Source: an uncultured Candidatus Entotheonella sp. (GTDB lineage Bacteria; Tectomicrobia; Entotheonellia; Entotheonellales; Entotheonellaceae). From it: a stretch of DNA of 64,000 nt. Position numbers and translations under genes: made by a program. The DNA lies in the NCBI GenBank assembly GCA_965215335.1, contig CBDCDA010000002.1, positions 832,001 to 896,000 on the forward strand, read 5' to 3'. The notes beneath the pieces are model-generated. The model worked only from the letters and a program-made list of their open reading frames with translations. It did no database searches and was not told the origin of the DNA. Shown one piece after another: positions 46,677 to 56,336 of the stretch (the stretch's first letter is position 1; every line of letters starts with the position of its first letter).

Positions 46677-47705
46677 CTACGTGACTTCGAGGGTGGGATT
46701 GCGCAGCGGAGCGGCAAACTGCGTCTCGTCCAGGGGGATGGCGTCTTTCTGGTAGACCTGGATGCGGTAGGATTCGTAGTCGGCGATAAAGAGCCGGAAC
46801 TCGTCGTCGACGCGCACCGAGCGCGGCCGGCGCAGATATTGTTCCTGTTCCAGCCTGCCGGCCTCGCGCAGGCGGTTGGAGACCGCGTTGGTCAGCATGT
46901 AGCTGCGAGCGACGCGGGACAGCGAGGCGTTGCCGCGGAAGCTCCACACGTAATGGCCTTCGGCGTTGAACATCTGCACGCGGTTGTTGCCCCAGTCGGC
47001 CACGTAGATGTCGCCGTGGGCATCGACGGCGATGCCGGTCGGCCGGTCGAATTCGCCCTCCCCATCGCCCGGCCCGCCGATCGCCTGCTTGAACTCGCCG
47101 CTGCCGGAAAACACCTGGTAGCGGTCATTGCCCCAGTCGGCCACGTAGATGTCACCCATCTCGTCCACGTGCACGCCCCACGGCAGGTTGAACTGCCCCG
47201 GTGCCGACCCGTAGGAGCCGAAACCGTCCAGGTACTTGCCATCGGCGGTAAACTGCTGCACGCGGTGGTTGCGGGAATCGACCACGACCATGTTGCCGTC
47301 GCCGTCGAAGGCGATGCCGGTCGGCCCGTTCAGCTCACTCTTGGCGGTGCCTTCGGTGCCCCATTTGCCCAGGAATTCGCCGTCCTGGCCGAACCGCGTG
47401 ATGCGGTGGGTGGCTTCATCGCTGACGTAGAGGTCGCCGTTGCCGCTGGTGATGACCTGCACCGGCCAGATGAACTGCCCGTCGCCGGACCCGTAGCCGC
47501 CGATCTGCTTCAGGTCGTCGGTCTGCTGCTCCATGTCCGCCAGCGGCCAGACACGAATCAGCGTTATCCCTTCGGAGCGGCACAGGACGTACACCGTGTC
47601 ATCCTTTCCGAAGGCGATATCCGTCGGGAAGTTGGTGATGCGGCGCATGCCGAGGGTTTTCAGATACGGATACCCTGCTCTCAATAATCCATGTGGGCGT
47701 GTCAT
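46677..47705 (-). CDS. NHL-repeat beta-propeller protein
   Basis: Repeated G.G.G.F..P.GIA.D..G.IYVADWGN.R.Q.F units. Confidence 0.9.
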   Translation of the reverse strand: MTRPHGLLRAGYPYLKTLGMRRITNFPTDIAFGKDDTVYVLCRSEGITLIRVWPLADMEQQTDDLKQIGGYGSGDGQFIWPVQVITSGNGDLYVSDEATHRITRFGQDGEFLGKWGTEGTAKSELNGPTGIAFDGDGNMVVVDSRNHRVQQFTADGKYLDGFGSYGSAPGQFNLPWGVHVDEMGDIYVADWGNDRYQVFSGSGEFKQAIGGPGDGEGEFDRPTGIAVDAHGDIYVADWGNNRVQMFNAEGHYVWSFRGNASLSRVARSYMLTNAVSNRLREAGRLEQEQYLRRPRSVRVDDEFRLFIADYESYRIQVYQKDAIPLDETQFAAPLRNPTLEVT

Positions 47706-47736
47706 AAGTCGCTCTCCCTGCTGCCGCCTGCTCGGG

Positions 47737-48876
47737 CTAGCAAGCCTTGAAGGGCGTCAGTTGCTCGAACGTGCCCTTGACGATCGGCTTGGCCTCGACG
47801 CCCATCCATTGTTCAAGGACCGTCCCGTAGACGCCGCGGAAATCGATCGTGTGCTTCAGGTCCTCACCGTGCTCCCAATCGGCGGGGTCGAGCGACGGGT
47901 ATTCCGCATACAGGCCGCCGTTCACCTGGCTGCCGAACAGGAAGGCGCCACCGCCGGAGCCGTGATCGGTGCCGCTGCCGTTGTCGCGCATGCGTCGCCC
48001 GAACTCCGTGAACACCAGCATGGTGACGTCATCCGCGGCGCCGTGTTCTTCCAGGTCATCGAAGAAGTCCGCGATGGCGCCGGAGAGCTCCTGCATCAGC
48101 CTGGGATGCGTCGGCATCTCGTTGGCGTGCGTATCGTAGCCGCCGTGGGCGGTGTAGAAGATACGGGTGCCGAGGCCGGCCAGGTGGATGCGGGCCACGT
48201 CGCGGAGGTTCTTGGCGATGACGTTGTCGGCATACTCGACCGTGGATTCATATTTGTCGGCCACGTCCGCCAGCAGGTCGGCGCCCTTGAGGATGTCGAT
48301 GCCGGTCTTGCCGATGTATTCCGCCACCGGGCCGGTACCGACTGCCTGATCGTAGATGTTCCTGAACGTCGCGAGGGACTTGTTGCGCAGCGTTTCCTTG
48401 TGCAGCCGGTTCATGACGCCGTAGCTTTCCAGGTCGCCGATCGAGGTGACCGGCACGCCGGTCACGGCCATGGCGCGGGGCAGGCCCATGCCGATATTGA
48501 CCCCGGTCAGGACGTTTTCAGCCGGCGGGTCCAGTTCACGCACGGCCAGCCCGACCCAGCCCTCGTTGCCCACTCTGTCGGGCTCGCAGGTGTGCCAGAT
48601 GTCCATACCGCGAAAGTGCGAGCGGTTCGAGTTCGGGTAGCCGATGCCCTGGATGATCGCCATCCTGCCTTCGTCGTACAGCCGCTTCAGGGGCGCCGCG
48701 TGGGCGTTGAGGCCGAGGGCGTCGTTGATCGGCAGCACCTGATCCTGCTGGACGACGATCTTCTTGCGGGCGTCGTAGTAGTGCTCGCTAGTGTACGGAA
48801 CCACGGTGTTCATGAAGTCGTTGCCGCCGGTCAACTGCACGACGACTAGCGTGTTCCCGGTTTTATTCGCGCTCAT
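47737..48876 (-). CDS. DUF1501 family protein
   Basis: LVVVQLTGGND, NRSHFRG, GGYDTH, TEFGRR..NGSGTDHG, DFRGVY. Confidence 0.88.
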   Translation of the reverse strand: MSANKTGNTLVVVQLTGGNDFMNTVVPYTSEHYYDARKKIVVQQDQVLPINDALGLNAHAAPLKRLYDEGRMAIIQGIGYPNSNRSHFRGMDIWHTCEPDRVGNEGWVGLAVRELDPPAENVLTGVNIGMGLPRAMAVTGVPVTSIGDLESYGVMNRLHKETLRNKSLATFRNIYDQAVGTGPVAEYIGKTGIDILKGADLLADVADKYESTVEYADNVIAKNLRDVARIHLAGLGTRIFYTAHGGYDTHANEMPTHPRLMQELSGAIADFFDDLEEHGAADDVTMLVFTEFGRRMRDNGSGTDHGSGGGAFLFGSQVNGGLYAEYPSLDPADWEHGEDLKHTIDFRGVYGTVLEQWMGVEAKPIVKGTFEQLTPFKAC

Positions 48877-48893
48877 GTTTCTCCCTTTCCCCC

Positions 48894-50297
48894 TCAGGCG
48901 AATTGATAGTCCACGGTGGATGCCGCCATCTGCAGCAGGTTGTGGACGCCGGCGGCATTTTGCCCGCCGTCTTCCATGCTCTTGAGTTCCTCGGTGTAGG
49001 CCGTCAACGCCGCGTGGGTTTCGTCGCTGACCTTGACGCCGCCCAGCAGGTCGAGGCAACGGGCGACCACTTGCCCGGGCTCGTCGTCCAGGCTGCCGGC
49101 GCGCGCGACGATGTCCTGGACGCCCGGCTTGGAGCCGTCGGCGAACTGCCGCTCGACGAAGCCGATGCGTTCGCTCAGGGTGCCGGAGTCGATCCACTCG
49201 TGCCCCGTATGCCACCCCTCGACGGTCGGCGGGTTGAGCAATCGCTGGCCCATGATCGCCATGGTTCCCTCGTACAGCGAGCCGTTCAGCGTCGTGACCG
49301 CGAACTCGTGCAGGCCGGGTGTCGGCGACTGGAATTCGCCCGTCTGCTTCAGCACGCCGGCGACCAGCTCGGTCGGGCTTTTCACCTTGGGCCGGTCCAC
49401 GGCTTCCTTGAAATAATCGGCGTTGAACAGCGCCCCGAGCACGGCGCGCATGTCGCCCCGGGTGTCCATGAAAATGCCGGACAGGTGCTCGATGGCCGCC
49501 TCGTTCCTGGCCGGCACCGTCGCCCAGGACGGCACCTGCACCTCGTCTTCGACAAAGAAGTTGTAGAGGTGGCGGGAAATGAAGCGGGCCGTGGCCGGCT
49601 GCTTGACGATGATGTCGATGATGTCGTCGCCGTTGAGGTTGCCGGTCTCGCCCAGGAACGTTTTCGGGCCGTCGTCGTGGTCGTCGGGGCGGAACTCGAA
49701 CTCGGCGGGGTAGTGACCGACAGGATAGAGCGACAGCGGCTGGCGGAACGTCCAGCCGGTGAAGGCGCGCGAGGCGTTCTTGATGTCGTCCTCGGTGTAG
49801 TTGCCGACGCCCATGGAGAACAGTTCCAGCAGCTCCCTGCCGTAATTCTCGTTGATTTCGTTCCGGTGGTTTTCGTTGTTGTCGAGCCAGAAGATCATGG
49901 CGGGGTCGCGCGACAGCTCCAGCAGGATGGTGCGCATGTCCGTCATGGCGACGCTGCGGAACATGTCGACCTGTCGGTAGATGGAGGGGCCGTGCTCGCT
50001 CTTGCCCCAGGCGACGGGAAAGATATGGTGCAGGAACAGGGCCATTTTCTCTTCCAGGGGGCGCTGCGTGTTGAGCATGCGGTACAGCCACTTGCCGACG
50101 TGGATGGCCACCAGCTCACCGCCGTAGTAGCGGTCCACGAGGGACGTGTCGATGGCGGGAAAGCGTTCGGGATGGATGAGATCGTCGACGATTTCTTCAT
50201 AAGTCTTGTCTCGGGTCAGGACATCGAGTTCGTCCGGCGTGGCGCCGAATCCGGCGCGCCGCATCAGATGGGCTACCAGTGAACGAACAGATTTCAT
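48894..50297 (-). CDS. DUF1800 family protein
   Basis: HLMRRAGFG, NENYGRELLELFSMG, RAFTGW, PPTVEGW. Confidence 0.9.
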   Translation of the reverse strand: MKSVRSLVAHLMRRAGFGATPDELDVLTRDKTYEEIVDDLIHPERFPAIDTSLVDRYYGGELVAIHVGKWLYRMLNTQRPLEEKMALFLHHIFPVAWGKSEHGPSIYRQVDMFRSVAMTDMRTILLELSRDPAMIFWLDNNENHRNEINENYGRELLELFSMGVGNYTEDDIKNASRAFTGWTFRQPLSLYPVGHYPAEFEFRPDDHDDGPKTFLGETGNLNGDDIIDIIVKQPATARFISRHLYNFFVEDEVQVPSWATVPARNEAAIEHLSGIFMDTRGDMRAVLGALFNADYFKEAVDRPKVKSPTELVAGVLKQTGEFQSPTPGLHEFAVTTLNGSLYEGTMAIMGQRLLNPPTVEGWHTGHEWIDSGTLSERIGFVERQFADGSKPGVQDIVARAGSLDDEPGQVVARCLDLLGGVKVSDETHAALTAYTEELKSMEDGGQNAAGVHNLLQMAASTVDYQFA

Positions 50298-50426
50298 CTT
50301 GCGACCTTTCTCCGTTCAGGGTCCGACGATGAAGCGGAGCCTGGATGGTTGAGAGGGGTGAAAGCCGTTTACGTCGTGGCGCATTATAACGAGAGTATCC
50401 CGCCGAGTTCAACGCTGCCAGACGAT

Positions 50427-50972
50427 CTAGCCGGCGGACGCCATGAGGCTGAACAGCGAGACGCGGAAGCGCACCGAGAGCAGTTGCCGGTTATCGCGCG
50501 TCGGCTTGGCGTGCAGGCGCTTGATCTTGAGAACTTGCGACGACCTTTCCACCCGGTGGAGGTATTCGACGAGTTGCGCGAGGGTGACCCCCTCCATCTT
50601 GACCTCCACCGAGTCTTCCTTGTAGACGGTGTTGGGCGGGCTCGCGACGGTATTCATGGATTGGATCTTGTCCTGAATGCCGGTCTGTCCGGCCACCTTT
50701 TCCAGATGCGAGAAGATGGTGAAGGCTCTGGGCTGCCGTCTCAGCTGCGCGTCGATGCGGTCAATGACCTGCTTCTGACGCTGGTAGTTGCCGCGCAGGG
50801 TCTGCAACTCCGCAAGCTGGCGACCGGTGGTGGCGAGCCGGCGGTTCAGGCTGGCGCCGCGCGCCAGGATGGGGTCAATGACGAGGGTGAACAGTGCCGC
50901 CACCAGCACCAGAATGCCGGCGCTGACCACGAGAATCTGTTCGCGTCGCTGCAGCATGTGGAAGTAGTTCAT
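50427..50972 (-). CDS. gspM: Type II secretion protein M-like
   Basis: RRE followed by an N-terminal TM, coiled coil, V.MEGVTL.QLV.YL..VE. Downstream of gspL. Confidence 0.75.
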   Translation of the reverse strand: MNYFHMLQRREQILVVSAGILVLVAALFTLVIDPILARGASLNRRLATTGRQLAELQTLRGNYQRQKQVIDRIDAQLRRQPRAFTIFSHLEKVAGQTGIQDKIQSMNTVASPPNTVYKEDSVEVKMEGVTLAQLVEYLHRVERSSQVLKIKRLHAKPTRDNRQLLSVRFRVSLFSLMASAG

Positions 50973-52468
50973 GACGTTCCCTCCAGGCCGTTCACCGCAC
51001 GGAGGCTGAGCTTGAATTGCACCGTGCTGTCCAGTCCTTGCCGGGTATTGTTGATCGTCACGTCGCTCAGGAGGGGCGAGGCGGCGAAGGCGTTCCGCAG
51101 CTTGACGACATTATCGTAGGAGGCCGTGCTGGCGCTCAATTCAATCATGTCGCCGTTGATGGTCAGATCGTCGACCTCGACTCCCAAGGACGCCGGTACA
51201 CGGCCGCTCAGTTCGCGCAGGATCTGGAGCCTGGAAAGCTGCGCTCCCGTCAGGCCGCCGAAGGCGCGCAGGCGTTTGTCGAGGTGGCGTATTCTTTCAC
51301 GCATCTGCGCCACCGGCTGCACCATGCGGGTGTTCGGCAGCACGTGGCTGAAAGCCTTGGCGATACCGTCCTGCAAGCGCGCCAGACGGCGGGCCTTGTA
51401 ATGATTTTGCAGGTACAGATTGGCCAATCCCAGACCCACGACGGCGACGCCCAGAACGCCCAGGGTCATGAACTGGCCGCGCCATTCGCGCAGATTGCCG
51501 TGTGGCGCAAACTCCCCCTGGCGCAGATTCAGCCCCCGAACCTGGCGGTGCAGGCCGCGCAACGCCATGCCGAGCGCGATGGCGTGAGGGGCCGGGCCGG
51601 GTGCCGCGCTGCCGGCATTGGCCGGTTTGTAGCCTGGCGCCTCGAACCGCCACACTTGCGTCTGCACGCCGGTGGCCTGGTTCAGGCCGACCGCCAACGG
51701 TCCCAATTGCTCGTGGTCGGCGCCGAGCAGCAGCAGCAGGTCCGGTTCGTAAGTCAGTTGCACGGCGTGCTCGCAGGCGTACAGCGTATGCTGAAGTTGC
51801 TTGCCCAGCTTCTGCGCATCCGGCGAGTTTCCGTTGTCTGCCGGCAGGCCCTGAGCCAGGCTGCGCGCGAACACCGGCACGCCGTCTTGCAGCAAGGTCA
51901 GCAGCGTTCGCTCCGGGTGTATGTAGAGGAGGGCGGTCTTGCCCGGCACGCCGTTGCCGCCCAGCACGGCAGCGTTGGCCAGACTGAAGACATCGAGGTC
52001 GAGCACGTTGGGTTCCAGACCGGCGCCCCTGAGCAGCGCCAGGCCGTCGGCAATCTCATGCCTGGGCATCCCCGCTACCAGGACCTGCGTCTGCCGCGGG
52101 ACTTGTTGCACCGGCAGCGGGCGAAAATCCACCACCACGTCCTCCGGCTCGAAGGGCATGTGCTCGTCCAGCGCGAAGGTAATCATCTGGCGAATGCGTC
52201 GCAGGTCGCGGAACGGCAGCGTCAGGTTGCGCAGAACGGCGTGGTGCGCTGGCAGTGCTGCCAGCGCCGTGTCGCCCCGCAGGCTGTGTGACGCCACCAG
52301 TTGCCGTACCGTTGCGTGCCGCAGCGCGGCTTGTTCATCCACGTCGTTGTGCATCGGCAAGGGCTGGCGCAGCGCCAGGGTGACGTCGTACCCCTTGCCA
52401 TGGCCGGTCAGCCGCACCATTTCGATATGGTTGTCCGCCAGGGCGATGCCGAGCACCTGTCGTGGCAT
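50969..52468 (-). CDS. gspL: Type II secretion protein L-like (PilM/PilN-like)
   Basis: Actin-like N-domain (LPF...FALDEHMPFEPEDVVVDF), LNLRQGEF, a TM and a periplasmic domain. Confidence 0.75.
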   Translation of the reverse strand: MPRQVLGIALADNHIEMVRLTGHGKGYDVTLALRQPLPMHNDVDEQAALRHATVRQLVASHSLRGDTALAALPAHHAVLRNLTLPFRDLRRIRQMITFALDEHMPFEPEDVVVDFRPLPVQQVPRQTQVLVAGMPRHEIADGLALLRGAGLEPNVLDLDVFSLANAAVLGGNGVPGKTALLYIHPERTLLTLLQDGVPVFARSLAQGLPADNGNSPDAQKLGKQLQHTLYACEHAVQLTYEPDLLLLLGADHEQLGPLAVGLNQATGVQTQVWRFEAPGYKPANAGSAAPGPAPHAIALGMALRGLHRQVRGLNLRQGEFAPHGNLREWRGQFMTLGVLGVAVVGLGLANLYLQNHYKARRLARLQDGIAKAFSHVLPNTRMVQPVAQMRERIRHLDKRLRAFGGLTGAQLSRLQILRELSGRVPASLGVEVDDLTINGDMIELSASTASYDNVVKLRNAFAASPLLSDVTINNTRQGLDSTVQFKLSLRAVNGLEGTS

Positions 52469-52499
52469 GAGCGCGTGCCTTTCGCCGAGTTGTGGCGCG

Positions 52500-53726
52500 T
52501 CAGCGGATCGTCGTATTGAGTTCGAAGATGGGGAGCAGGACGGCCAGCATGATGCCGAACACGACAATCGCCATGAGCACGATGATGACCGGCTCTACCA
52601 GCGAGGTCAGGCCCTCGACGCTCGCGCGCACCTCGTTGTCGTAATTGTCGGCCACCCGCAGCAGCATTTCTTCGAGTCGCCCGGTTTTTTCGCCGACCGC
52701 TATCATGTGCGACACCAGCGGCGGGAAATGACCGCTGGCCTGCAAGGGCGCGGCGATCGTGGCGCCCTCGCGGATTTCCGCCTGGGCGCGCTGGATGGCG
52801 TCCGAAAGTACCGTGTTGTTGACCACGGCGCGGGCGATCTCCAGGGCGTCGAGGAGCGGGATATCGCTGTGCAGCAGCATGCCCAGGGTGCGCGTGAAGC
52901 GCGACATGGCCATGCGCAGCGCCAGCTTGCCGACGAGCGGGGCGCGTATCTTCCAGAGGTCGAACCGCCGCGCTCCGCGAGCCGTGCGCCGGTAGCGTTG
53001 CACGGTCAGGGTCACGCCGAAAGCGGCCAGGCCCATCACCCACCAATACGCTTTGAGGAAGTCGCTGACCGCGATGAGGAAGCGCGTCGGCAGCGGCAGG
53101 GTGGCGCTCATGTGACTGAAGATCACGGTCACGGTCGGCACGACGTAGGTCAGCAGCGCCAGCAGCACCAGGCCGCCGATGACGAGCATGAAGAGGGGGT
53201 AGTACATCTTGGCGGTGATCTGGTTGTGGGTGTCGCGTTGCCGCTCGGTCAAATCCGCCAGCCACAGCATGACCAGCGGCAGAGTGCCGCTGGTCTCGCC
53301 GGCGCGCGCCATGTTGACGAACAGGCTCGAGAAAACTCTCGGGTGCTGCTCCAGCGCTGCTGCCAGGCTGCTGCCCTCGTTGATGCTCTCCCGCACCTGG
53401 ATGAGTGTCTTTTGCAACTGCCGGTTGTCCGTTTGCTCGATCAGCGCCGTCAGCGCCTCGACCACGGTCAGGTCGGCCGCCATCAGGGTGGCGAACTGGC
53501 GCGTCATCACCGTCAGATCCTGTGGCCGCACGCGTTGCAGCAGCGAGAAGCCCGACAGGTTGCGCCCGCCGGTCTGCGACTCGGCCTCGGCGGTCTCCAG
53601 GATGTCGGTGGCGAACAGGCCCGCCTGCCGCAGCTTGCCGCGCGCGGCGCGCGGGCTGTCGGCGTTGATGACCCCCCTGGTCCGCTTGCCGCGTTCGTTG
53701 AGCGCGCTGTAGGTGTATACCGGCAT
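52500..53726 (-). CDS. gspF: Type II secretion inner-membrane platform protein F
   Basis: MPVYTYSAL, TRQFATL, AGETSG, MIAVGEKTG, EP...AVLLPI. Confidence 0.92.
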   Translation of the reverse strand: MPVYTYSALNERGKRTRGVINADSPRAARGKLRQAGLFATDILETAEAESQTGGRNLSGFSLLQRVRPQDLTVMTRQFATLMAADLTVVEALTALIEQTDNRQLQKTLIQVRESINEGSSLAAALEQHPRVFSSLFVNMARAGETSGTLPLVMLWLADLTERQRDTHNQITAKMYYPLFMLVIGGLVLLALLTYVVPTVTVIFSHMSATLPLPTRFLIAVSDFLKAYWWVMGLAAFGVTLTVQRYRRTARGARRFDLWKIRAPLVGKLALRMAMSRFTRTLGMLLHSDIPLLDALEIARAVVNNTVLSDAIQRAQAEIREGATIAAPLQASGHFPPLVSHMIAVGEKTGRLEEMLLRVADNYDNEVRASVEGLTSLVEPVIIVLMAIVVFGIMLAVLLPIFELNTTIR

Positions 53727-53822
53727 GACCGCTTGTCCTCGCAACGGCCGCCCGACCTCATGCCGGGAGCGACGTTGCAGTCTCTCCGCTGCCGGATTCC
53801 GTTTGTTCCGGCCGGTGGGAGT

Positions 53823-54257
53823 TTATAAAAGGCACCGGGCCAGCAGAATCAGGACGATCAGCAGGACGTAAAACGGCCAGATGGCAAAGGACAGCAGGCA
53901 GTTCGCCCACTCCCCGACCAGCGACCCGCTCGGCCGTACGGCGTACAGATCGCCGATGCCCACCGTGCCGGCGTGGAGCTTGGCAACGAATGCCTCGCTG
54001 GAACGCCGGAAACGACGTTCCAGCGCCAGGTAGCAGGTATCGAGCAACAGGAACAGCAGAAGCGGAACACCGGCGAGCAGCAACAGGTCGGGCGCCCCCT
54101 GTCGCGCCACAAGGACCAGGACGGCGGAGACCAGGGTAATGCACCACGTCTTGCAGGCGCGGCTGTTGTCCGCCATGCGCTGGATGATCCCTTGCAGGAT
54201 GGTGAGATGCGCCTGGACGGCGGGCGATTCTATGTTCAAGGGCTGGTGTTCGGCCAT
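53823..54257 (-). CDS. Small multi-TM membrane protein
   Basis: HLTILQGIIQRMADNSRACKTW and LDTCYLALERRFR motifs with hydrophobic helices. Confidence 0.75.
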   Translation of the reverse strand: MAEHQPLNIESPAVQAHLTILQGIIQRMADNSRACKTWCITLVSAVLVLVARQGAPDLLLLAGVPLLLFLLLDTCYLALERRFRRSSEAFVAKLHAGTVGIGDLYAVRPSGSLVGEWANCLLSFAIWPFYVLLIVLILLARCLL

Positions 54258-54261
54258 GGGT

Positions 54262-55179
54262 TCAGCTCGGTTCACGCTCGGGCTGGCCCGTTGCGTCAGA
54301 GAGTCGGTCGAGCTCGGTCGCCTTGGCGACATCATTCTCGGCGCCTTCAGTGTCTCCCAACGCGCGTTTGGCAGCGCCGCGATTGTAGTAGGCTTTGGCA
54401 TATTGTGGATTGAGTTCAATCGCCTTGTCGTAGTCTGCAACGGCACCCTGACGATTGCCCAAATCGCTCTTGACGTTTCCGCGATTGTTATAGGCTTGGG
54501 CAAATTGCGGGTTGAGTTCAATCGCCTTGTCGTAGTCTGCAACGGCGCCCTGATGGTTGTCCAACGCGTTCCTGGCATTCCCGCGATTGTTATAGGCTTG
54601 GGCAAATTGCGGATCGAGTTCAATCGCCTTGTCGTAGTCTGCAACGGCGCCCTGATGGTTGTCCAAATCGCTCTTGACGTTTCCGCGATTGTTGTAGGCT
54701 TGGGCATATTGCGGATTAAATTCAATCGCCTTGTCGAAGTCCGTAACGGCACCCTGATAATCACCCAAGTTGTACTTGGCAACTCCACGATTGTTATAGG
54801 TTTGGGCATATTGTGGATTGAGTTCAATCGCCTTGTCGTAGTCTGCAACGGCACCCTGACGATTGCCCAAATCGCTCTTGACGTTTCCGCGATTGTAGTA
54901 GGCTTGGGCATATTGTGGATCGAGTTCAATCGCCTTGTCGTAGTCTGCAACGGCGCCCTGATGGTTGTCCAAATCGCTCTTGACGTTTCCGCGATTGTAG
55001 TAGGCTTGGGCATATTGTGGATTAAATTCAATCGCCTTGTCGAAGTCCGTAACGGCACCCTGATAATCACCCAAGTTGTACTTGGCAACTCCACGATTGT
55101 TATAGGCTTGGTAGAGCAGGGGATTGGGCTTTATCGCGTTGTCACCAGAAGCTTTTGTCTTTACGTGATCGTCAGCCAT
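54262..55179 (-). CDS. Tetratricopeptide-repeat protein (8 TPRs)
   Basis: 34-aa AY.NRG..K..L...QGA..D.DKAIE..P units, 102-bp DNA repeats. Confidence 0.92.
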   Translation of the reverse strand: MADDHVKTKASGDNAIKPNPLLYQAYNNRGVAKYNLGDYQGAVTDFDKAIEFNPQYAQAYYNRGNVKSDLDNHQGAVADYDKAIELDPQYAQAYYNRGNVKSDLGNRQGAVADYDKAIELNPQYAQTYNNRGVAKYNLGDYQGAVTDFDKAIEFNPQYAQAYNNRGNVKSDLDNHQGAVADYDKAIELDPQFAQAYNNRGNARNALDNHQGAVADYDKAIELNPQFAQAYNNRGNVKSDLGNRQGAVADYDKAIELNPQYAKAYYNRGAAKRALGDTEGAENDVAKATELDRLSDATGQPEREPS

Positions 55180-55432
55180 CCGAAGGCCCCTCCATGCGTT
55201 CGATCACCTTGTCGTAATAATGGCGTGCTTTTTCATGGTCTCCTTGCTGTTGGAATAGCAAGCCCAGGGAAAAGAAATCCTCAGCCGTAAAGCCCGTATA
55301 GGGTTTTCCGGACGCATTCCAGAGAGCAAAGCCGGCGAAATCGTTGAAAAGCCGTTGCGCCGTGATGCCGAATGATTTCTCCAACGTTGCCATGATTTCC
55401 GGCTTACTGTCTGCATCTATCTCGACCTCATT
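55172..55432 (-). pseudogene. Truncated upstream part of the TPR gene (resembles the linker following an FRG domain, plus one TPR)
   Basis: EIDADSKPEIMATLEKSFGITAQRLFNDFAGFA, then TPR-like AEDFFSLG...HEKARHYYDKVIE. Ends at an IS end. Confidence 0.5.
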
Positions 55433-55619
55433 GAGCCTTTTGCAAAATGGACAAGCGCGCCAGGATTATTGATAGAAAGAAGCCGGAAAAGGGCTGATCG
55501 TACTGGGACAAGGCCGTCTCTCCTTTCGTATCATGGGGTCTTCGACCCCCCACATGACAAGGAGAGAGCAACCATGTCCCTACGTGCCATCCTATCGAAT
55601 TATGGGTTCATCTTCCAAC
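55433..55619 (+). mobile_element. Left end of an IS (IS1182-like) truncated by the next IS
   Basis: IR-like GAGCCTTTTGCAAAA. Long hairpin 55518-55568 sequestering AAGGAG. ORF start MSLRAILSNYGFIFQ at 55574 cut at 55620. Confidence 0.5.
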
Positions 55620-56336
55620 CAATAGGTCGGACAGAATTTAGGCCGCCCTGTCCGCGATCGTGCCATAGTTGCAAAGGTCTTGGTATTCGGGGCTGGATTT
55701 TTCCAGGCTATGCCCCTGGGCTAAATACCGAGAAATTCGCTCAAGTAGATGTTGGTTGAAGGCGCGACGTTTGACACTCGCCATGGAAAATCCTGCCTGG
55801 CTAACGCCGCTTTGCTGCCGAGCTTCCAGTTTGCCCAAACTCATAGCACTCGTGCTCGCATTGAAGTGAACATGCAGCTTGGCTTGGGAACGCGCTTGAC
55901 AGGCACTCAGAGACGTAAACTGCTTGGCGTCCCGAAAGAGAAATTCGATCTGGAAGCGCGCTTTGTAGGCGCGATAGAGGCTGTGCACATCCACATCGGT
56001 ATCCGTGCTGAACAGCACCGCCCGCCGGTGAGTGCGGGTATCGACCACGAGCACCACACGCAGATTGCGCCGAAGATGCACGTGGTTGAGGACTTGGTGA
56101 TAGAGCACGACGGCGTCGTCTTGGCTCGCTACACGCTCAAAGCGTGCCAGGTCGTCCCAATGGACCTTGCCGTCATAAGTCTTGGGTCGCCCGGGTCCTG
56201 GGCGTCCCGGTCCTTGGTAGAGATAGCGCAGATTGGCGTCACGGCGCAGCTTGCCAATCTGATGCAGCCCCAGGGCGTGGAGTCCGTCAAGGAATTTACG
56301 TTTGCTGTAATAGCCATCCGTTATCACATGGCGTAG

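Noticed and set aside
47737..50091. 784-aa DUF1501 fusion
   Set aside because: The extension is an off-frame reading of the DUF1800 gene. The real start is 48876.
54262..55179. CRISPR array, or a real antisense membrane protein (54139-55290 +)
   Set aside because: The repeats are contiguous 102-bp coding TPR units without spacers. The plus-strand ORF is their antisense shadow.
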